Origin: a virus
Reading direction: 5' to 3' (one strand)
DNA: 34,699 bases
Virus record (IMG/VR): IMGVR_UViG_3300018036_000002
In this document: in pieces, positions 6,716 through 12,148 of the stretch
Numbering within the stretch: position 1 is the first letter of the stretch
Layout of the letters: each line of letters begins with the position of its first letter
Translations under genes and position numbers: made by a program
Notes under the pieces: model-generated
Seen by the model: only the letters and a program-made list of their open reading frames with translations
Databases searched by the model: none
What the model was told of the DNA's origin: nothing

Positions 6716-7176
6716 TATGCAAAAAGCTCATCAAATTCAGCAACCTGAATTGATAGAACCGATGTGGCTTTGTTGTCGAGACCAATGATGACCTCGATCG
6801 CACGGCCTTGGTTGCTATGCCAGACAGCGGTCAGTCCGGCATCTTCAAGATCATGCACCAGTTGCTGTGCATGCATGTGCATCTGCGCTTCCCGGCGGTC
6901 ACCTTTCGGATACCACGGGAAATTAACGTAAATCTGAAAGCCGTTGGTCTCTAGATCATTCGCCAGCACACTGTCGCTCCAGTCCGCATGCGATTCAGTC
7001 CAGAAATAGCATGGTTGGTTAAGCTCCTCCATGCGGGCTTTGAACTCCTTGAGCATAGATTTGTTGAGACCTACGCGGGCAGAGACTTTACGCTTGGGCC
7101 TGCTGTCACGCATGACACTTTTGAAAGTTTCATACTGAGCCGCCTTGATACGCTGAATGATTTTCATGTGATTCAT
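6715..7176 (-). CDS. Hypothetical protein (153 aa, MNHMKIIQRIKAAQ...).
   Basis: Trimmed to ATG 7176 after the conserved leader. The longer track ORF (to 7377) reads through ribozyme C and into the next gene. Confidence 0.65.
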   Translation of the reverse strand: MNHMKIIQRIKAAQYETFKSVMRDSRPKRKVSARVGLNKSMLKEFKARMEELNQPCYFWTESHADWSDSVLANDLETNGFQIYVNFPWYPKGDRREAQMHMHAQQLVHDLEDAGLTAVWHSNQGRAIEVIIGLDNKATSVLSIQVAEFDELFA

Positions 7177-7195
7177 AATGCTTCCCCTGTGTGTG

Positions 7196-7261
7196 TCATC
7201 CTGTCTAATCATGCCGGGTAGGATGAGGTTCCCGACGACACACCCGAAGGTGTGTTTCGAC
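7196..7261 (-). ncRNA. Hammerhead ribozyme C (type II, A3:U8 core variant).
   Basis: RNA: GUC GAAA CACACC-UUCG-GGUGUG UC|GUCGGG-AACCUCAUCCUA-CCCGGC AUGAUUA GAC AGGAUGA. There is a perfect 7-bp pseudoknot (AGGAUGA/UCAUCCU). Cleavage is after C at 7237. Activity of the A3:U8 core is uncertain. Confidence 0.7.
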
Positions 7262-7501
7262 TCAAAGGCAAATGCGTATACGTTCGATGGTGTGCTTGCC
7301 GCGTACCAGCCGGTGATCGACTTTGACGCGACGGCCAACGAAGGCATGCCAGTCATGCGCTTGCACCCAATTGGCATTGCAGGGTGTGTAAAAGCACTCT
7401 GCTGTGCCGGGCTTGTTACCGATCAATAGCATCCAACGTGGGTTGCCATTACGTGTGTTCAGTTCGCGTGATACTTGCAGTACGTTTGCATGTGTTTCCA
7501 T
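7262..7501 (-). CDS. Hypothetical protein (79 aa, METHANVLQVSRELN...).
   Basis: Trimmed to ATG 7501 after the conserved leader GGGGAAAUAUC-AUG. Confidence 0.6.
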   Translation of the reverse strand: METHANVLQVSRELNTRNGNPRWMLLIGNKPGTAECFYTPCNANWVQAHDWHAFVGRRVKVDHRLVRGKHTIERIRICL

Positions 7502-7520
7502 GATATTTCCCCTGTATGTG

Positions 7521-7584
7521 CCACCCTGTCTTATCAATACAGGTAGGGTGAGATTCCTGTAGACGCCCCGGAGGGCGTTTCGAC
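7521..7584 (-). ncRNA. Hammerhead ribozyme D (type II, U3:A8 core variant).
   Basis: RNA: GUC GAAA CGCCC-UCCG-GGGCG UC|UACAGG-AAUCUCACCCUA-CCUGUA UUGAUAA GAC AGGGUGG. The tail AGGGUGG pairs with loop I UCACCCU. Cleavage is after C at 7562. Confidence 0.8.
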
Positions 7585-7931
7585 TATGCCATTTCAACCG
7601 TTTCTTCTGTCACGTACTTGCATGTGTATGTGACCTCATCGCCTTTGAATCTATCGAACACCTTGAAGTGCTTAGCGACAAATCGAAACTCGATATCTTT
7701 ACGGCCTCGATACGCATGTTCATTTTGAAACTGCCAGTTGACAGCTTTGAGATACCCAACGTCGAAATCATCGTCTGGACTCGGTTCAGCGTCGAATGTT
7801 CCACCGGGATGTGACACCCGTTGAACTTCAAGCATCGGTATCCATTGTGATGTCTTCCATTCAGACCACTTGCGGCCCTCTTTTTTGCGGTATTGACATG
7901 CATATGAATTGGCTTGGATTAGATTTTCCAT
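7584..7931 (-). CDS. Hypothetical protein (115 aa, MENLIQANSYACQYRKK...).
   Basis: Trimmed to ATG 7931 after the conserved leader. The upstream extension reads through ribozyme E. Confidence 0.65.
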   Translation of the reverse strand: MENLIQANSYACQYRKKEGRKWSEWKTSQWIPMLEVQRVSHPGGTFDAEPSPDDDFDVGYLKAVNWQFQNEHAYRGRKDIEFRFVAKHFKVFDRFKGDEVTYTCKYVTEETVEMA

Positions 7932-7950
7932 TGTATTTCCCCTGTGTTGA

Positions 7951-8013
7951 GATACCTGTCTCATCAGTGCCGGGAGGTAAACCCCGGTCAGACGGGCCGA
8001 AGCCCGTTTCGAC
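7951..8013 (-). ncRNA. Hammerhead ribozyme E (type II, canonical core).
   Basis: RNA: GUC GAAA CGGGC-UUCG-GCCCG UC|UG(A)CCGGG-GUUUACCU-CCCGGCA CUGAUGA GAC AGGUAUC. The tail AGGUA pairs with loop I UACCU. Cleavage is after C at 7991. Confidence 0.85.
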
Positions 8014-8274
8014 TTATGCAGTTGTGATGCCCTCAGCAATGTAAATTCGGTTGAGGGTAAGCACTAGATCATGCTTGGTATCAGCGCGGGCGATGACTTT
8101 GGTGAAGCCGTCCGCATTGCGTATCGATGTGTCTTTGGCAAGCCACCGACCTCCAACTTTTAAAACGGAGATGTGTTCGTTGCCTTTGACAACCCATTCT
8201 GCTGAGTCTGTTCCCATGCCGTTTCCAAGCCATTCTGTAGACTTAGTTTTGGTCAGCTTGATGTAGTTTTTCAT
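8014..8274 (-). CDS. Hypothetical protein (86 aa, MKNYIKLTKTKSTEW...).
   Basis: Trimmed to ATG 8274 after the conserved leader GGGGAAUACAAA-AUG. Confidence 0.6.
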   Translation of the reverse strand: MKNYIKLTKTKSTEWLGNGMGTDSAEWVVKGNEHISVLKVGGRWLAKDTSIRNADGFTKVIARADTKHDLVLTLNRIYIAEGITTA

Positions 8275-8292
8275 TTTGTATTCCCCTGTGTT

Positions 8293-8354
8293 TGAGATGT
8301 CTTCATCAGACCGTGGTCTCTCACACCACGATGACGGGCAAGGCCCGTTTCGAC
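8293..8354 (-). ncRNA. Hammerhead ribozyme F (type II, extra A after A9).
   Basis: RNA: GUC GAAA CGGGC-CUU-GCCCG UC|AUCGUGG-UGUGAGAGA-CCACGGU CUGAUGA A GAC A UCUCA. The tail UCUCA pairs with loop I UGAGA. Cleavage is after C at 8333. Confidence 0.75.
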
Positions 8355-8441
8355 TTAGTACCAATCGGTTGACCGTAGGACCGCCCATGCAAGGATGGTG
8401 ATGCCCCAAAGGATCAAGAAGGTTTCTTCTGCGCCAGTCAT
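8355..8441 (-). CDS. Micro-ORF: 28-aa hydrophobic peptide (MTGAEETFLILWGITILAWAVLRSTDWY).
   Basis: Found by reading the sequence. The ATG overlaps the upstream micro-ORF stop (TGATG), and the TAA stop abuts ribozyme F. Confidence 0.45.
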   Translation of the reverse strand: MTGAEETFLILWGITILAWAVLRSTDWY

Positions 8442-8515
8442 CAGATCACCTCCCAGAACTTGAGAGTGCCAAATGCGAAAGCCGCGCTAAATGAAAGAAT
8501 GATTAATAGTTCCAT
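8441..8515 (-). CDS. Micro-ORF: 24-aa hydrophobic peptide (MELLIILSFSAAFAFGTLKFWEVI).
   Basis: It is preceded by the same conserved leader as the larger ORFs (ACACAGGGGAAUACAC-AUG). It occupies a ribozyme-delimited slot between copies G and F. Confidence 0.5.
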   Translation of the reverse strand: MELLIILSFSAAFAFGTLKFWEVI

Positions 8516-8532
8516 GTGTATTCCCCTGTGTG

Positions 8533-8595
8533 TTGCCCTGTCTCATCAGTGTGGGTAGGGCGTGATCCCACAGACCGCCCGGAGGCGGTTTCGAC
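8533..8595 (-). ncRNA. Hammerhead ribozyme G (type II, canonical core).
   Basis: RNA: GUC GAAA CCGCC-UCCG-GGCGG UC|UGUGGG-AUCACGCCCUA-CCCACA CUGAUGA GAC AGGGCAA. The tail AGGGC pairs with loop I GCCCU. Cleavage is after C at 8573. Confidence 0.85.
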
Positions 8596-8958
8596 TTATG
8601 CGCTTTCAATCAGCTTTCTGATTTTCTTGATGACTTTGCGTTCTGCTTCAGCCATTTTTTTGTTGCCGTACGCGATGGCTTCTTGAGGTGTTTTAAATGA
8701 TTTGGCGCGAGGTGCTTGTCCGAATCTTTCACCGTTCCGTTCATTTCTCAGAAACACTGTAAAATCCCTTGGAACGAAATCTTCAGGTCTGACCCAACAC
8801 CGCTTTGACCATTCCGCATTCTCGTCTTTGGTGTAGTCAAACTGCCAAACCAAAAAACTGAATCCGATGACTCTGCCTTGAGCATCTCGCAATCCAAATT
8901 CTTTGCTTTCTTCAGCGACAATTTTTTCTTCACGTGAACATGTAATTAAGTTAGTCAT
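8596..8958 (-). CDS. Hypothetical protein (120 aa), first cistron of the ribozyme-punctuated operon.
   Basis: ATG 8958 follows the conserved leader ACACAGGGGAAUACACA-AUG. Confidence 0.65.
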   Translation of the reverse strand: MTNLITCSREEKIVAEESKEFGLRDAQGRVIGFSFLVWQFDYTKDENAEWSKRCWVRPEDFVPRDFTVFLRNERNGERFGQAPRAKSFKTPQEAIAYGNKKMAEAERKVIKKIRKLIESA

Positions 8959-8966
8959 TGTGTATT

Positions 8967-9031
8967 CCCCTGTGTGTTTCGCGGATACTGCCGCTCATCA
9001 GTCAGGCTGGTTGCCTGAGACACTAGGGGGG
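8967..9031 (-). ncRNA. Hammerhead ribozyme H (type III topology, canonical core). Its stem III contains the SD of the first cistron.
   Basis: RNA: CCCCCCU-A-GUGUC|UCAGGC-AACCA-GCCUGA CUGAUGA GCGG-CAGUAU-CCGC GAAA CAC-AC-AGGGG. Stems I and II are closed hairpins. Stem III is open (GUGU/ACAC plus CCCCU/AGGGG). Cleavage is after C at 9019. Confidence 0.8.
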
Positions 9032-9207
9032 AAAGTTAACTGGTTGGTGCGTGATGCGAATGCTTGAGTGAGACCTTGCTGAATCAGCGGAACCCCGAAG
9101 GCGCTGAAACCATCCGGAAACCAGAAGCACCGTCAAGGCGCAGACCAGATAACCAGTAAGCAGGTTTTTAAAGAGCTTTGAACCGGGGCCGCCGATCCGT
9201 TGAGAAC

Positions 9208-9240
9208 ATTATAATCATAGTGTGACGCATTACGTCAACA
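9208..9240 (-). promoter_or_regulatory. Candidate leftward early promoter plus palindromic operator driving the ribozyme operon.
   Basis: The minus strand reads TGTTGACGTAatgcgtcacactatgatTATAAT. The -35 TTGACG is at 9238-9233 and TATAAT is at 9213-9208, with a long 19-nt spacer. The inverted repeat TGACG-taatg-CGTCA overlaps the -35. Confidence 0.5.
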
Positions 9241-9306
9241 CCTATGTGAAATTTTTTTTGAGGGGTACACTGTCAAGTGCGCGGAAGCGTGATGTTCCCT
9301 CACTTG

Positions 9307-9331
9307 CCCCGGCGCAGACCGGGGACTTTTT
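9307..9331 (+). terminator. Rho-independent terminator-like hairpin immediately upstream of the terS SD.
   Basis: CCCCGG-cgcaga-CCGGGG followed by acTTTTT, ending 2 nt before the AGGAGA SD of the 9344 ORF. Confidence 0.6.
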
Positions 9332-9343
9332 AGGAGAGACGAT

Positions 9344-9748
9344 GTGGCACGAAAGGAACGAGTAAGCAAAGCGCAGATGAAGCGCATTTGTGATGAGCTA
9401 TGCGATGGGCGATCGCTAACCAAGATTTGTCAGGCGGATGAGTTGCCATCGTGGCGCACTGTGCTCCGCTGGGTCCAAGAGGATGAAGATGCCCACGAGA
9501 TGTATCGGAAGGCCAGAGCGTTGCAGGCAGAGATTTTGCGCGACCAGATTATTGATTTAGTCGAACAGCCGCTCCCGGACGATCCAAAGCTCGCACAAGC
9601 AGAGGTCCAGCGTAGACGACTTGAAGCTGATCAAAAGGACAAGTATGTGAGACAGCTTGCTCCGTTGGGTATTCGCAATAAGGCTGTCGATACTAAGGAT
9701 CAAATGAGTGGCACGATCACTCTTAAATGGAATGATGCTGAGAGCTAA
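9344..9748 (+). CDS. terS: Terminase small subunit (HTH type).
   Basis: ICDELCDGRSLTKICQADELPSWRTVLRWVQEDEDAHEMYRKARALQAE matches the common TerS N-terminal HTH pattern (I...I..G.SL..IC...P....V..W......Y..A...QA). GTG start with AGGAGA 7 nt upstream; an alternative ATG is at 9377. Confidence 0.7.
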   Translation: MARKERVSKAQMKRICDELCDGRSLTKICQADELPSWRTVLRWVQEDEDAHEMYRKARALQAEILRDQIIDLVEQPLPDDPKLAQAEVQRRRLEADQKDKYVRQLAPLGIRNKAVDTKDQMSGTITLKWNDAES

Positions 9749-10167
9749 TATAAGGCTCTGTGAGCGGACTTTGCATAAATGGCACATGTTTGTGCCATGT
9801 TTGGTACAGGTTCTGAAGCAGGGCTTTGAGTGAAGCGAGAGAGATAAGGTCAATGATGATGCGGGATAGAGAGATTGGACTGGCTGAAATGACACATATA
9901 GTAAGTGCTGTGTGGCAGTGGTCTCGCGCACGAGGCTTGAAGGCATGAAGAGATCCGACAACCATGCCCTCCGATTTAACATAATCTACGTTATGCGACA
10001 CGGACGTTCTAGGATTCATGCGGGTTCCAGCCTTTCGATCGCACCGTTCAGCTACCGATCGGCCACGATCGACACCCGGTCGCAAAAGAAAATTGGACCG
10101 ACCCAGTCCCCGCCAGACGCCGCGCCGATACATAGCGTATAACTCACCTGTACAGGAGTGTCTTACA
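9749..10167 (+). other. About 420 nt of apparently noncoding, hairpin-rich spacer between terS and terL.
   Basis: There is no convincing ORF or SD in any frame. Hairpin ATGGCACA-tgtt-TGTGCCAT lies at 9780-9799 and GGCATG...CATGCC at 9942-9968. There are three CGATCG palindromes within 36 nt (10036-10071). Confidence 0.6.
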
Positions 10168-11451
10168 TTGACTGAGATCCACATTCCATATAGCCCAAGG
10201 CCACTGCAGAGAAAACTCCATGACGCTCTTCGCGATAAACGATGGGGTGTCGTAGTGTGTCATCGTCGATTTGGCAAAACGGTCATGGCGATCAACCATT
10301 TGCTTCGTGACGCGATCTTGACGGACAAGGCGAACCCCAGGTATGCGTACATTGCGCCGACGTACAGGCAGGCTAAGAACGTGGCCTGGGACTATTTAAA
10401 GCAGTTTGGGGGCGCGATCCCTATGGTGAGGTTTCATGAGACCGAATTACGTTGCGATTTGCCAAATGGCGCTCGGATTCAATTGCTCGGCGCGGAGAAC
10501 CCTGATTCGCTTCGTGGCATTTACCTTGATGGAGCCGTGCTCGACGAGATGGCAGACATGCCGGAGTCCTTGTTTCCGGAAATTATTAGACCTGCGTTAT
10601 CAGATCGTAAGGGGTGGGCCGTCTTCATTGGGACGCCCCGTGGTCATAATGCGTTCTTTGAATTGTATGAAGCCGCCACTGGACAGCAAGATTGGTTCAC
10701 GCAGGTATATAAGGCCAGCCAGACTGGGATCTTGGACGACGAGGAACTATCAGCCGCCCAAGCAATGATGTCGCATGATCAGTTTGAACAAGAGTTTGAG
10801 TGCTCATGGGTTGCAAACGTGCCGGGGGCTATTTTCGGGAAAGAGTTACAGGAGGCCCAGGAGAAGGGGCGCATCACTGAGATACCTTACGATGAGGGTT
10901 ACCGGGTTGATACCTGGTGGGATTTGGGGGTTGGAGACTCGACCGCTGTCTGGTTTACCCAAACGATTGGGCGAGCTATCTATGTAATTGACTTCTACGA
11001 AAACCGGAATGAGGGCTTGCCGCATTACGCTGGGGTGCTTCAACAGAAGGGATATCTTTACGGGACGCACAATGCCCCGCATGATATTGAGGTCAGGGAA
11101 CTTGGGTCCGGGAAGTCCAGACGAGAGATTGCTTACGACCTTGGGATTAATTTCCGGGTTGTTCCGAAGCTTCCTTTGGAGGATGGAATCCATGCGGCTC
11201 AATTGTTGCTGGCTAGATGCTCATTCGACCGGGCAAGGTGTAAGGAAGGCCTGGAGTGTTTACGCCACTACCACCGGGCTTATAATGAGAAGGCTCGATC
11301 GTTCCGGGCAACGCCGGTACATGATTGGAGTTCCCACGGTGCCGATGCCTTTAGGTATCTTGCCGTAGGGTTGCGAGAAAGTAGACAATACGAGCGTCCG
11401 CCGCAAATGATCGCGGACTCAAACTATAATCCACTAGGAGTTAGTCTGTAA
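10168..11451 (+). CDS. terL: Terminase large subunit.
   Basis: Walker A-like CHRRFGKT, Walker B-like GAVLDEMAD and a C-terminal nuclease-like region. The proposed TTG start at 10168 has an AGGAG SD 9 nt upstream. The ORF is open back to ATG 10018, but that extension is Arg/Pro/Ser-rich and looks like noncoding read-through. Confidence 0.8.
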   Translation: MTEIHIPYSPRPLQRKLHDALRDKRWGVVVCHRRFGKTVMAINHLLRDAILTDKANPRYAYIAPTYRQAKNVAWDYLKQFGGAIPMVRFHETELRCDLPNGARIQLLGAENPDSLRGIYLDGAVLDEMADMPESLFPEIIRPALSDRKGWAVFIGTPRGHNAFFELYEAATGQQDWFTQVYKASQTGILDDEELSAAQAMMSHDQFEQEFECSWVANVPGAIFGKELQEAQEKGRITEIPYDEGYRVDTWWDLGVGDSTAVWFTQTIGRAIYVIDFYENRNEGLPHYAGVLQQKGYLYGTHNAPHDIEVRELGSGKSRREIAYDLGINFRVVPKLPLEDGIHAAQLLLARCSFDRARCKEGLECLRHYHRAYNEKARSFRATPVHDWSSHGADAFRYLAVGLRESRQYERPPQMIADSNYNPLGVSL

Positions 11452-11723
11452 TGGGTAAGATCATCAATCAAATTGGCCGAGAAGTCGGCAAGCTGTTCGG
11501 TGTGGATATGAGCGTCCCCGATCTTCCTCCCCCACCTCCAGCGCCGCCAGTCACGCCAAGAGAGGCGATTGACCCAGCGAAATCTGTTAGCGCAGGGACG
11601 AAGAAAAAAGTTGCCGCCAGGAAAAACAGAAGTGGGACGGTCCGCACTTCAACGCGAGGCGTGACCAGCGATGAAGCGATTGTCTATAAATCTTTGCTAT
11701 CAGGAAGCGACAAAGCCGAATGA
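11451..11723 (+). CDS. Small Pro-rich/basic virion-associated hypothetical protein, paralogous in layout to 12120-12428.
   Basis: TAATG coupling to terL. PPPPPAPPVTP linker, then a basic tail KKKVAARKNRSGTVRTSTRGVTSD...YKSLLSG. Confidence 0.55.
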   Translation: MGKIINQIGREVGKLFGVDMSVPDLPPPPPAPPVTPREAIDPAKSVSAGTKKKVAARKNRSGTVRTSTRGVTSDEAIVYKSLLSGSDKAE

Positions 11724-12148
11724 TACGACCTCTTCTGCGGGCTGATGAGCATGAGGCTGATAGGCTGTTCGACCTGATGGTTGATATGGACTATCCGCAT
11801 ATTGCCGATCATGAGGACAAGCTTGAGTACGCAGTGATGTTTCGTTGCATGAATGAAGATGCGACAGCAGGGTATTTCTGGTTTTATCGTTTAGAGGAAT
11901 TCCATGACAAGTACGCGATGCATGCGATTGTCAAGCCAGAATACCAGTCTCGGTTTTTTTCGCGTACACTCTTGACAACGGTATTCAATTTATTATGGGC
12001 TGTTGGTGCAAGTAAGATTGTAGTCGAGTACGACTACCAAGATTTAGCAATTCGGTTAGGTGGATCAGAGACTGACCTTGGTGTAGAGATCAACTTACCG
12101 TTTAAATGGAGATCAAGACATGTCAAGAGTAATTCGCAAAGTTGTTAG
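11720..12148 (+). CDS. Hypothetical protein, with weak resemblance to a GNAT acetyltransferase fold.
   Basis: ATGA coupling. HAIVKPEYQSRFFSRTLLTTVFNLLWAVGASKIVVE resembles the GNAT beta4-alpha3 region, but no clear acetyl-CoA motif (Q/RxxGxG/A) is present. Confidence 0.4.
   Translation: MIRPLLRADEHEADRLFDLMVDMDYPHIADHEDKLEYAVMFRCMNEDATAGYFWFYRLEEFHDKYAMHAIVKPEYQSRFFSRTLLTTVFNLLWAVGASKIVVEYDYQDLAIRLGGSETDLGVEINLPFKWRSRHVKSNSQSC

Noticed and set aside
6181-9031. The roughly 85-nt repeated intergenic element could be read as a CRISPR array, REP/MITE-type repeat or simple duplicated promoter.
   Set aside because: Spacing is set by ORF lengths (240-550 nt), not by uniform spacers. The copies differ in sequence while preserving base pairing, and each contains the ordered hammerhead core (GAAA, GUC, CUGAUGA) in mRNA sense. 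The RNA-structure explanation fits far better.
9085-9106. A hairpin in the about 170-nt leader upstream of ribozyme H (minus strand CAGCGCC-UUCG-GGGUUCCGCUG), considered as another ribozyme or riboswitch.
   Set aside because: It is only a single imperfect hairpin, and I recognise no conserved core of twister, pistol, hatchet or HDV-like classes. It is worth including in a covariance-model scan but not callable by eye.
9235-9423. Minus-strand ORF of 62 aa overlapping the terS start and the promoter region.
   Set aside because: It overlaps the terS coding start and the terminator hairpin, has no SD, and its composition is atypical.
10018-10167. ATG 10018 as the terL start (477-aa ORF).
   Set aside because: The first 50 residues are Arg/Pro/Ser-rich low-complexity sequence with no SD, whereas TTG 10168 has an AGGAG SD and begins just before the conserved terminase N-terminus. 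The exact start remains uncertain.
9557-10184. Minus-strand ORFs 9557..9982 and 9723..10184, and plus-strand ORF 9912..10142, in the terS-terL gap.
   Set aside because: They are low-complexity Ser/Leu/Arg-rich translations that overlap each other and terS/terL. They have no SD, and two are antisense to the late operon. They were treated as noncoding.
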